A DNA stretch of 36,255 nucleotides, taken from positions 1 to 36,255 of the forward strand of contig CALSCO010001275.1 of NCBI GenBank assembly GCA_943704415.1, in the 5' to 3' direction. Below are positions 1-10,684 of this stretch, in pieces; position 1 is the stretch's first letter; each line of letters begins with the position of its first letter. The notes below the pieces were generated by a model, which saw only the letters and a list, made by a program, of their open reading frames with translations, had not been told where the DNA came from and ran no database searches. This DNA comes from Parvularia atlantis. Its lineage: Eukaryota. Made by a program: the position numbers and the translations under genes.

Positions 1-59
1 CCCCCCCCGCGCCTGCCCGCCACTGGCTCGCTGGTCTCATCTCATCGCCCCGATCGCAG

Positions 60-3000
60 CGCCCTCGCCGTGCTCGACGCGCACGACCCGTCCGCGTGCG
101 AGATGGCCTACTCGTTCCCGCGCTACGTCCCCGTCGCGCTCAACGTGAGCGGCGCGGTACGGCGTGGGCGCCCGTACGGCCTGCACCTGTACCGCGACGG
201 GCAGCTGCACCGGTCGGACGCGCTGGTGCGCTACTGCATTGCTTGTTCTGCTCGCTCGTGGCTCAATCGCGCGCAGCACGGCATTCCAGTCGTGTTCGCG
301 TCGGGTAGCGCCGGCAGCTTCCGCCAGGTGCGGTCGATCGCGACGGCGGTGGCGCACGAGGAGGTGCATCGTCGTTGCTGCAGCACGGCGAACGGTGCGC
401 TGATCGCGGGGCGCAGGCGCGGCAGAGCGTGACGCGGCGCGAGGCGATGTTCGACTTCTTCACGGTGGACTTTAACGAGGAGCTGACGGGCATCCACGGC
501 GTGTCGGTGCGCGCGCGTCGTGTGTGCCGTGTAGGTTGAACGTTGACACACGTGATGCCCAGGTCAGGGAGCAGGCGTCGTTCCTCAACGACGTGATCCA
601 CAAGGTGCTCGAGCTATACCGCGCGCCCGGGCTGCACCGCGGCACGGGCTTTGTGCCGCCGACGTCGGTGATGCTGGTGGGGCACTCGATGGGCGGGCTC
701 GTGGCGCGTGCGATGGTGCGCGGTCGCGCTGCCGTGCGCAGCGCCTGACGACCGTGACGCGCGGCAGGTTACGCTGCCCAACTTTGTGCCCGGCCTGGTC
801 TCGCACATCTTCACACTCGCGACGCCGCACATGTGCGCCCCGGCCACGCTTGAGCGCACACTCGACCGGGTCTACGCCGACAGCAACTATTACTGGCGGC
901 ACCACTTTTCCGACGCCGAGGCCGCGCAGGGCCAGGGCGACGACCACCCGCTGCTCGACAACACGACAATCCTCTCGATCGCGGGCGGCAACCGGGACCT
1001 CATGGTCAACGGCGACTTGGTGCGCGCACACGCACACGCACACGCACACGCACACACGTCACATATTGGCTTGCTGACGGACGCACGCAGGTCGACGTGT
1101 CGTCCATCGCGCCGCTGTCGCAGGCGATCAACGTCTGGACGACAGGCATCCCCGAGGCGTGGACCGCGGCCGACCACCAGTCGATTCTTTGGTGCCGCCA
1201 GATCATCCAGGTGCTGGCACGCGGGTTTATGGCGCTGCGTGCGCCCGGCGAGCCGTCGCGCGTCCTGCCCGTGCCGCAGCGTCTCGCCGCGCTGCGCCGC
1301 ATCTTCACAAGCGAGGCGCTCGACCGTTTGGTGGCCGAGGACCCGGCGCCGCCGGCCAGCTTTGCGCCCGCCTCGTCGCAGCAGCCGCCTTCTTGCTGCC
1401 GTGCGCCGCTCATGCACATCAAGCTGGATGAGGTAGTGGACGCAGCGGACGCGAGCGTCGTCGTCGCGTTGGCTGGACTGCCACAGGAAGTGGTCGCCCT
1501 GGACGTGTCGATGCACGCGCGGGCCGCGCCGACCATGTTGCACTGCGACAGCTGCCTGAGCGACGACGAGCTGCCGTGCCGCGTGCTGCCGGCCGAGCGC
1601 ATCGCCGTGGTGCCGTGGACGGGGCAGCTGCCGCGGCGCTGGCTGGCGCGCATCGAGCAGAGCGAGCTGCCGCAGGCGGGCGTGCTCGTGGTGACAAACG
1701 CGGACGCGGTGCACGTCGGCGCGGTGCGGACGCTGCACATCGAGGCGCCGGCGCCGGTGCTGCCGTGGCTGGGCGGGCGGACAATCGCGCTGCCAGCGGG
1801 CGCGCTGTTCCACTCGGTGCACTTTGCGCACGTCAACAACAACCTATTTGCGTACCGTCTGCAGCTGCGCGGCGGGGCGGTGGGCGCAACGCGACCGGCC
1901 GCCGTGACCGTGCGCCTGTTTGCGCCCGCGCTGCGCGAGGACAAGCTGTTTGCGCTGCGGCTCGTGGCGGACAAAGGCTCAGTCGCGCTCGCCAAGCCCC
2001 TGCCGGTCACGTTCCACGGCTTCAACGCGCCGCTCGGTGCGAGTAAAAACTCGCTACTGCGACCGCGCGGGCGCGACGACGGCCTGCGCGTGCAGCTGTG
2101 GCTTGACGCGGACACGCCGCCGGGCACGGTCACCGAGCTCGACCTGACGCTGGACGTGCTCGGGACGTGCGGCCAGGTGCTGCGGCGCTACGCGATCGCG
2201 CTGGTGGCGGTGCTGCCGTTCGCGGTGCTCGTGCTGTGCGCGGCCAAGCAGGCGCACGAGTACGACACGACTGGCCGCATGCCGACGATTGCGCAGACGC
2301 TCACGCGCGCGCTCGGCCGGACCGGGCTCAAGCTGTTTGCGCTATTCACGTTCATCTCGCTCATGCAAGAGCGCCTGGTCCAGCTGCTGGCCGACACGCC
2401 CGTCAGCGCCACACTCTCGGCCTCGATCCTGCTTGGCAACGACGACGTGCCGCTGCTCCTGCCCGTGCTCATCCTGCTCTCGTTCGGCACGGCGACGCTC
2501 GGCATCGCCATCGCCTGGACGCTCGTGCATCTCGGGTCGCGCGTGGCCACGTCGGTGCTGAGGCCGCTGCGCACGTGGACGGCGGCGCTACAGCCGTGGT
2601 CGACGGGCGTCGTGCGCGTCTGCTGGCTCGCGCTGCTCGCGCTCAGCTTTGTGGGCCCGTACCACGTCACGCTCGTCCTGTGCACGGCGCTGCACTTGCT
2701 CGTCACCGTCGGGTCGGCCGTGCGGCTGCGCTGGGTGCGTACACGTTGGCGATGCATGTGCGTGGCTGACGACGGCTCCGTTGAAGCGAACGGACGACAC
2801 GCAGCTCCAGGCGACCGCCAACAGCCACCTGACGCAGCTCGTGCTCTTGCTCGTGCTGCTGCTCGCCAACGGCCCGCTGGTGCGTGCGTGTGAGTGGTCG
2901 ACGCGTCCAGTCAAACGCCGCGCGCTGTGCAGGCGTTTGCGTGGTACCGCAACCAGGTGCCCGCGACGGGGCCCGACTGGGCAATGCTGTGGGGCGCCGA

Positions 3001-3312
3001 CGTGGCCGACTGCGACCCGCTGGCCGTCGCGGCGTTTGCGCTGCAGGGCCTCGTGACGACGTTTGGCCTGCGACCGCGGCTGCAGGACAGGTGCGGCCGC
3101 GACGGTTCGCCCGCGTGGCTGATCGCGCCTCGTCGCGCAGCTGGGTCGCGTACGCCGCGTCGTGGCCGCTACGGCTGGTGGCGCTGGCGATCATCATGCG
3201 CGGCGTGCCGTACACCTACACCATGCAGTACAGCGCCGCGGCGCTCGCGCTGGCGACGGTCGCGGTGCACGGCGGCGCGCTGCTGCTGCACGGGCGCGTC
3301 AAGCGCGACTGA
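60..3312 (+). CDS. PGAP1: GPI inositol-deacylase (PGAP1/Bst1 family), multi-exon, 5' end outside window
   Basis: Spliced exons give CEMAYSFPRY, GIPVVFASGSAGSFRQVRSIA, FDFFTVDFNEE, the lipase motif LVGHSMGGLVAR, IFTLATPH, SIAGGNRDLMV and ADHQSILWCRQ, then several C-terminal hydrophobic helices ending ...RVKRD* (TGA 3310-3312). The window opens inside an intron whose CAG ends at 59. Confidence 0.9.
1025..1057. repeat. (CGCACA)n microsatellite inside a PGAP1 intron
   Basis: About five tandem CGCACA units directly visible. Confidence 0.85.
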
Positions 3313-3358
3313 TCAACGAGCGCCGCTGTGCTGTACAGGACCCGCAGACGCACCACGA

Positions 3359-3986
3359 TCACAGCACCGACGGCACGCCCGCGCGCTGCAGCGCCGCCTC
3401 GACCTCGCGGCACAGCGCGACAAAGCCCGGGTCGTCCAGCACTGCGAGCAGCTGCGCCTCGACGTTGCCGTCGACGATCGGGGCTGCTGCTGCTGCTGCT
3501 GCTGCGGGTGGCGCACGTGAGCCGACGGCGTCCGTGATCTTGACCTGGAGGTGCCGCGCGAGGGCCTCGCAGCACTGGCGGCACTCGGCGGCGCTCGCGA
3601 AGCGCACTTGGAACTTTTGCACGGCGCCGCCCTGCGCTCGACGTGGCGATCAGCAGCGGTCCGGCCACGTCGCGATCAGACGACCTCGGTGTAGGACACG
3701 AGCAGCTGGTCCTCGGCACGCAGCGCGCGCAGCCCGAGGCGCACAGCAGCGGCGGCAGTGAACTGCAGCGTCTGCGAGGCGTCGGCGCGGGTTAACTAGC
3801 GCGCGATGTCGGCGAGGGACGCACGGCAGGACCCGCGATCGACGTGTGCAGCTCGAGCACGGCGCGGTCGGCGTGGATCCGCACGAGCGGCTCAAAGAAG
3901 TGTGCGTAGCCGCTGCCGCTGCTGCTGCCGGCGTCGTGCCACAGCGACAGGCGCAGCGGGCGCCACAGCCACTCGCGCGTTGTCAT
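3359..3986 (-). CDS. REC114: Meiotic recombination protein REC114-like (REC114/PHS1 family), 3 exons
   Basis: Spliced product MTTREWLWRPLRLSLW...GPA|TLQF...DQLLVSYTE|GGAVQKFQVRFASAAECRQCCEALARHL...EAQLLAVLDDPGFVALCREVEAALQ. The KFxVxF...CxxC...L block and the C-terminal LxDPxF...VExxL block match Rec114 signature motifs. Two GT-AG introns. Confidence 0.72.
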
Positions 3987-4018
3987 GATGATCGTGAAAC
4001 GAAACGAAACACGGGTGA

Positions 4019-4162
4019 GACAAGTGTGCGACGAGTGGTCGATCAGACAAGTGGTCGGTCAGACGAGTGGTCTCGTGCGACAAGTGGTCGGTCAGACGAG
4101 TGGTCTCGTGCGACAAGTGGTCGGTCAGACGAGTGGTCTCGTGCGACAAGTGGTCGGTCAGA
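4019..4162. repeat. 33-bp minisatellite (GACAAGTGGTCGGTCAGACGAGTGGTCTCGTGC) x3 plus partial and degenerate units
   Basis: Perfect units at 4046, 4079 and 4112, a partial unit at 4145-4162, and degenerate half-units from 4019. Each unit is two ~16-bp halves sharing GAC(A/G)AGTGGTC. Confidence 0.95.
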
Positions 4163-5584
4163 GGAGGCTCCGAGCGCTACGGACATGCGGGCGCTGGCGC
4201 GAGATGAGCGGAACGACGTCGCGCGGCTCGATGCCGGCCAAGGGCTCGTCGTCGGCGCTTGTGAAGATGGCGAAGGCCATGCGCGGCGTGTTGAACGCGA
4301 TGCCGATGCCGTCCACGCCGTCCTCGTACGACAGCATGACCACTGCGCATGCGCAGTGATCAGCGACAGTACCGGCAGAACGCGCGAGAACGCACGCCCG
4401 CCCAGTCCGGACGCGGCGCTGCTCAGGTGCTTGACGGCGGCCTCGGCCGCAGCCTGCGCGCTCATGCCGGTGCGCGCGTGGTCGACGGCCGTGCGTGTGA
4501 AGAGCACGCGAATCAGGTCCTCGCCGTAGCCTGACGGCCGCGACGAGGTTGAGCGACTGCCGATTCCGTGATGCGCATATGCACCTGTCGCCGCCGCACC
4601 GGCCACACCGCGCTCGACATACGCGCCCGAGCCCCACAGCGGCGTGTCGCCGACACGTCCGGGCCGCTTGAACGGCGTGCCGCCCGTCGACAGCCCCACG
4701 GCCATGCGCCCGGACATGTCCACGCAGACAACGCCGACGGTGCCCATGCCGTTGGCCTTGGTCTTGGTGGGCGCAGCGGGTGCGCTGGCGGGCACGGGCA
4801 CGGGCGCCGGTGCGATGGTGGCGGGGACTGGAGCGGTTGGCGCCGCGCCGGGGCCCGTCTTGCCAAAGGCGGTCTTTGCGTCGTAGCGCGGCAGGCCTTT
4901 AATCTCGTAGAAGCTGTCGGCGCGCGTGAGAGGGCTGCAGTCGCGCGAGGTGGCACGGTGCGGCAGACCGCTCCAGCTCGCGCCCGACCAGCAGCGACTC
5001 GGTAGAGCACATCTCGAGGCCGTACTGCCAAGGTGGAGCAGCAACACGATGTTAAGAGGCACGTGCGCGCGCGCGTGGCAATCGCACCTCCTCGGCCAGG
5101 CGGCGGCACCCGTCCGCGACGACAACGACGTTGCGCGTCTTGTCCATGATGACCCGCGCGAGCTGCACCGGGTGGCGCACGTTGCGCACGGCGCAGCACG
5201 CTGCGACCTTGAGGTCGTCCGTGGCGAGGATCGCGTCCATCTCGACGTCGCCGGCGCTGTTGACAAACGATCCTGCGGGCCGCGTCAAGGCGTTGCCGGG
5301 GCACGAGCGAGCGGCACACGGCGGGCGCACCGCGGCCCGCGTCAAACGTCGGATCGTCCTCGAGCATCTCCACGGCGGCCTGCACCGCGTCGATCGCCGC
5401 CGCGCCTCGCGCGAGCATCCCGCCGGCGAGGCGCGCAGCCGCCACCACGCCGCGCTTGTGGTCGTCCACGGCCTCGTCCGGGATGTCCCACGCGCCTGCG
5501 CGCACGCGCCGATTGAGCGCGGGAAAGGGAGGCACGCGGAGAGCACTGACCGCCGTGAACCACTACGCGCCACGTGTGCTTCAT
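4158..5584 (-). CDS. Isoaspartyl peptidase / L-asparaginase type 2 (Ntn-hydrolase, ASRGL1/IaaA-like), ~7 exons
   Basis: MKHTWRVVVHGG|AWDIPD, AVEMLEDDPTFDAGRG|SFVNSAGDVEMDA, autocleavage site MG-TVGVV, STGGTPFKRPGRVGDTP, ATG|YGE and IAFNTPRM. GT-AG introns restore the frame; stop at 4158-4160. Confidence 0.92.
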
Positions 5585-5731
5585 CCTCTGTGGGGACGGA
5601 CCGAGTGAGTTGCCGTATCTCGCAGCATGGCGACGGAGTGGGATCCGTCCCTCTCCTTGCGCCGTCCGCAGCTGCGGGCGCCCTGACACGCCGCGTCGCG
5701 CCGGCGTCGCGCCTGCGTCGCAGATAGAGCG

Positions 5732-7735
5732 ATGTCGATCCTCAGCGGCGCCGCCGTCAAGGTGCTCGCTGAGGCCGCGGGCGTGGCGAGCCTGGCCGAC
5801 GAGGTCGCCGCGGCCGTCGCGCCCGACATTGAGTACCGGCTGCGCGAGGTGCGCGGCGTCGTCGATGGGGACGGCGGGCAGGGACGTGACGCGCCGGCGG
5901 AGCAGGTGATCCAGGACGCGGTCAAGTTCATGCACCACAGCAAGCGCCAGCGCATGACCGCGGACGACGTCAACCGCGCGCTGCGCGTGCGCAACGTCGA
6001 GGTGCCCTGCGCTGGGCGATGCGCGGACGGGTGGCGCTCACGTGCGGCGTCGTGGCCAGCCGCTGTTTGGCTTCGCCGGCCGCGAGCCGCTGCGCTACCG
6101 CAAGGTGCCCGGCGCAGGCGTGGCCGACGTGTACTTTGTCGAGGACGACGAGATCGACTGCAACGAGCTCGTCAACGCGCCCCTGCCGCGCCTGCCGCTC
6201 GAGGTGTCCTACACGAGTACGTGCCGCTCGCGCGCGCGGTCGCCGCTGATCCTGCCGCCAGGCCACTGGCTCGCGATCGAGGGCATCCAGCCGGCGATCC
6301 CGCAGAACCCGCCGCCGCTGCGTGCGTGCTTTGCGCACATGTGTCGCTGCGCTCACGGCCTCCCACCGGTCCGCGCACCCCAGCAGCCGACGCCGACCAG
6401 CCCGTGAACGGGACAGGGCCGGCGAGCGCGCTCACGGCGACGGGCGGTGCGCCGTTCGAAACGCCCGCGTGCCTCCCTCATTGAGCGTGCGCGCGGGCAG
6501 TGCGTGCCCCCGAGGGCCTCGCGATCTCGGACCCCACGGCCGCCGGCGCGCAAGTGACGGTGCGCAATGCCAGTGCCAGTGCCAGTGCGCCCCGGCTGAC
6601 GGACGCCGCGCCCAGCCGCTCGTCAAGCACGTGCTGACGAAGGAGATGCAGCTGTACTACGAGAAGATCGTTGCGACGCTCTCGCGGCCGGACGCGCAGG
6701 CGCGCCGCCAGGTGCTCGCGAGCCTGCAGTCGGACCCGGGGATCCACCAGCTGCTGCCGTACCTGGTTCAGTTTATCATCGACCGGGTGCGCCGCGATCG
6801 GCCGCTAGGTGCGCTGCTCACCGTTCGCGCAGGTCGGCAGCAACATCAAGAACCTGGACGTGCTCACGACGATGATGTCGGTCGTCAACGCGCTGCTCGA
6901 AAACACGAACCTGTTTCTCGAGCCCTACGTGCGTGCCGAAACGCGACGCTGATGCGGTTGACCCGCGCGCGCGCGCGCATTCGCAGCTGCACCAGCTCAT
7001 GCCGGCGATCCTCACGTGCCTCGTGGGCAAGCAGCTGTGCCGCTTGCCGACGCAGGAGGACCATTGGTCGCTGCGCGACGCGGCCGCGCGCATCGTCCGC
7101 ATCGTCTGCCGGTGCGTCTCGCGCGCTGCTGTGGACGTGGCGCCGACCGCCACGGCACAGCAATTACGGCAACGCCTACTACACGCTCGAGTCGCGCGTG
7201 ACCAAGACGCTCCTGCGCGCGTTCCTTGACCCACTCAAGCCGCTCTCGAGCCACTACGGCGCGATCGTCGGCCTTACCGCGCTCGGCTACGAGGTGCGCG
7301 CGCTCGCTCGCCCAGCCCCCCCCCCCCCCCCCCTTTGGCGCTCGTACATGACGCGTGCGCGCGTCGCAGGTCATCCGCACGCTGCTCCTGCCCAACCTGC
7401 GCGTCTACTTCAAGCTCATTCAGCCGCACATGCGCCTCGACCCGCGCACCGACGTCAAGTCGATGGAGGCGCACCGTTGTTTTGACGCGCTCCTGGTGCG
7501 CCCGCCCGCCGATGGGCTGTTGCACTCACGCCAACTGCTCGCGCAGACCGCCACCGGCCAGTTTATCAGCGAGGCCGTGCGCGACGCCGCGGACGACACG
7601 ACCGAGGCCGCGCTCACGCCGCCCGAGCGCGTGGCGCGCGCGATCCTGCCGGGCTCGGGCGTGACGTACGACGACCTCGTGCAGGTGTTTGGGGCGGACC
7701 GGCTGGGCCCCTTCCTGTCGGGTGTGTCGCGATGA
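5732..7735 (+). CDS. TAF6: Transcription initiation factor TFIID subunit 6
   Basis: Histone fold (DIEYRLRE|VIQDAVKFMHHSKRQRMTADDVNRAL), HWLAIEGIQPAIPQNP, KHVLTKEMQLYY, SLQSDPGIHQLLPY, HWSLRDAAA and HYGAIVGL. About 10 short introns; TGA 7733-7735. Confidence 0.95.
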
Positions 7736-7776
7736 GCCCACGTGTGCGGCAACGCCGGAACGCGTCCGCTTGCGAT

Positions 7777-7881
7777 GTCTTGTTGCTGACGATCTTAGAC
7801 GCCCCTGAGCCTCAACGTGCACACGCACCAGCGTCTTGTTGCTGACAATCTTAGACACCCCTCAGCCTCAACGTGCACACG
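7777..7881. repeat. Direct repeat, 2 x 49 bp (period 56), intergenic
   Basis: GTCTTGTTGCTGAC(G/A)ATCTTAGAC(G/A)CCCCT(G/C)AGCCTCAACGTGCACACG at 7777-7825 and 7833-7881, with 3 mismatches. Confidence 0.93.
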
Positions 7882-8027
7882 TCCATCGGACACGTGCAGG
7901 CCAGAAGGCGCGCTCGCCGCCTCTTAACCCATCCGCCATGCTGCCTTCCGCCTTTCACCTACCTTTCGCAACGTGCAAAACCCGAGCTCACGCGTGTCGG
8001 AGCATTTCCCGCTCTGTCGTCGTGCTG

Positions 8028-8573
8028 ATGGACGCGCTGCGTCTCGTGCCGCGCGCCGAGCCGGCGACGTCGGCGCCGGTGACGCTGCCGGACGTGCTGC
8101 GCGAGGGCCCGGTGTCGGTGCGCGCGCAGACGGCGGCGCCGCACCCGGTGCAGGTGATCCAGGACGAGGTGCGCCTTCGCTGACTGCGTGTTGTTCGCCG
8201 AGTGGCTGACGCGTCCCCTGTCGTCGCCGTCGTCGCCGTCGTCGCCAGTGGCAGGCGCAGCAGGAGCGGGTGCACTGGGCGCTGCAGCGCGTCGCGTTCG
8301 GGTCGCATCTGCCCGTGCGCATGCAGATGGAGCGGCACATCGTCGCCCAGGCCGCGCGCTTGCCCGTCCTGCCCACGTCGCGCCTCGGCCTCGACATCCT
8401 CGAGGGCAAGGACGAGCTGATCGAGTTTGAGGACTACCTGAACGGTGCGTGGCGCGCGTGCGTGCACACGAGCTGGTCAGAGGGCTGACGTGGACGGCGT
8501 CGCAGACCCCGTGCACGCCGTCGGCAAGGTTGACCCGCACGTCGCGATGGAGCACAAGCTGCGCATGAACTGA
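8028..8573 (+). CDS. POMP: Proteasome maturation factor UMP1/POMP, 3 exons
   Basis: DVLREG...HPVQ...FGSHLPVRMQMERHIV...RLPVLPTSRLGLDILEGKDELIEFEDYLN|DP...DPHVAMEHKL are classic UMP1 motifs. Confidence 0.93.
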
Positions 8574-8609
8574 GCCTGTTCGCCGATGCGCATACCACCC
8601 GCAGTCACA

Positions 8610-10645
8610 TCAGGCAAGGTCCTCACTGTCGGCGCCAGAGACGGGCAGGAACGCGCTGTCGGGGAACGTGCGCGCAAACCACCGCGCCGCGAGGTCCACC
8701 TCGGTCGACAGGTCCCAGTCCCAGTCCCGGTCGCGCGCGTCGTTTGGGCAGACGAGCACGTTGGCGGCGGGCGCGGCAGCAGCTCGTGCAAACCGCTGCC
8801 GGTAGGTCAGCTCGAGGCGGATGCGCGGCTTGCCGTCGGCGTTGTCCGTCGTCGTGCTGAAGAGCGCAGCGGCGACGGCGGCCAGGTCGGCCTGCGTGCC
8901 CGCGGTGACCATGTGCACGAGCACTGCGCGCAAACGCGATGAATGAGGCCCTCAGACGTGCGCAGGGCTGCGCGCGCACCCGTCCCGGCCGGGCAGACGT
9001 GCGCCGTGTGGTTCTGCTGCAGCAGGTGCACGGCGCGCTCGTTGCCCAGCACGCCCGCCGGCACCACGCCCAGCGCCATGGCCGTCTCGCCGTCAAACGC
9101 CCGGTCGCCCTCGACCACGAGCACGCGGCGCTGCAGCGGGGCGGCCTCGCCCTCGGTCGCGGGGGGCAGGTACGTCGGCGACGTGACGAGGTGCTCGGCC
9201 GTGATGCGGTGCCCGTCGCTCATGGTGATGCCTGGCGCAACGTGAGCTGCTGCCAGTCGAGCGCGTGCTCACGCACCGGCGAACTTGCGCTCGCCGTCAA
9301 ACTCGATCGTGTGCGGCGTCTGCCCAAGCACATACGTCCCGCCCGTGATCGCGCAAGCGCGGCAGAACGCCTGGAGCACCAAGCAGTCAGCATCCACGCA
9401 CGAGTGCATGCAGCATGCGCGCGCCTGGATGACGTCGCTGAAGCCAAACGAGACCAGAATGAACGCCGTCTGCCCAAAGCGCCCGAGCGAGCGCAGGTGC
9501 CGCTGGATCGCGCGCAGGGCCTCGGCGGTCGTCAGCGCCGCGCGGCCGCTCCCACCGCAGCCGAGCATCAGGGGCAGCGCATCGTGCACCACGCGCGCCA
9601 GATCGCCGCGGATGTCGCGCGTCTGCACAGCGTGAGCGGCGCACGGCCAGCACGTCGTCCACGCGCACCGTCAGAAACTCGGCAAACGGCAGGGTGGCCA
9701 CCGGTGCGACCTCGTCCGGGTGCTGGTCGTGCTCGAGACACCACTGCACGCACCCGTCAGCCATCAGCACGCGAAGCGCGCGCGTCGGTGTGCACCTGCA
9801 GGAACTTCATCAGGCGGCGCTTGTCGACGGGCCCGAGCAGGTCGCTGCCAAAGACGTCCTCCTTCGAGCACGGCACCCGGCGCCATCGCCCGCCCTGCAT
9901 CACAAAGATTCGCTCGAGCGCTCGCAACTCGAGGTACCGCGCGATGTTGGACGTGCCGAGCGTCGTCACGAGGCTCTCGCGCGATAGCAGCAGCGCCGGC
10001 GCGAGGTCGATGTTGAACGCGCGTGCGTTGGCCATCGGGTCGCCGGCGGGCGCACGAGGCGGCGCGGGCCGCTCCGGGTCGGCTGAGAAGGCGGTCAGCT
10101 GCGCCGGCTTGATCAGCGCGAAAACGTGCGCACCGTTCTCGTCGGGATTGAGCGGCTGCACGGCTGCTGCTGCGGCGTCCTCGACGGGGTCGCGCGGGTG
10201 CGTCGTCAGCACGAGCTCGTCAAAGCAGCCGCGGGCAAAGGCGCGCGCGCGGGCCGCGTCGCCGTTGATCAGGCGCACGGCGCCGTCGCGCTCGACCACG
10301 TCATCGGCACCTGCTTGCGCAGCCTCGTCAGCGCCGGCCCCAGCCGCATCCGCCGCCGCACCGTCCGCCACCGACGCGCCCGACGCAGCCGCCGACGCCA
10401 CGAGCGCCTCGATCTCGCGCAGCGTGTAGGTCGCGTTCGCCTCGCCGTACGTCTCGAAGCGATCGAGGTGCAGCACGCTCTTCCCGGCGGCGGCCGCAGC
10501 GCTGCGCACGGTGCAGCCCGCCTCAGCCGCATCAATCGTACGACGGCGCGCACACGGCGACGACGCACGCCGCCGCGACGCTCTGCGCCAGGCCCGTCCC
10601 GAGCACGACGACGTCGACGGCGCTGACGCCCGAGAGATCGGCCAT
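8610..10645 (-). CDS. Rab escort protein (REP/CHM/Mrs6, GDI superfamily)
   Basis: MADLSGVSAVDVVVLGTGLAQSV, GKSVLHLDRFETYG, a long REP-type insert, FNIDLAP, VPCSKEDVF...KRRLMKFLQ, SLGRFG...Q|AFCRACAITGGTYVL. Confidence 0.9.
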
Positions 10646-10684
10646 GGCTGGGACGCGGCGAATGTCAGCATGGCGATTCAAAAG

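Noticed and set aside
4019..4162. CRISPR-like array
   Set aside because: The units are contiguous and identical with no unique spacers, there are no cas genes, and the context is eukaryotic. It is a minisatellite.
8939..10429. 496-aa plus-strand ORF (and similar long Arg/Ala-rich ORFs such as 30436-32010)
   Set aside because: These are antisense shadows of real minus-strand genes; long stop-free frames are expected at this GC content.
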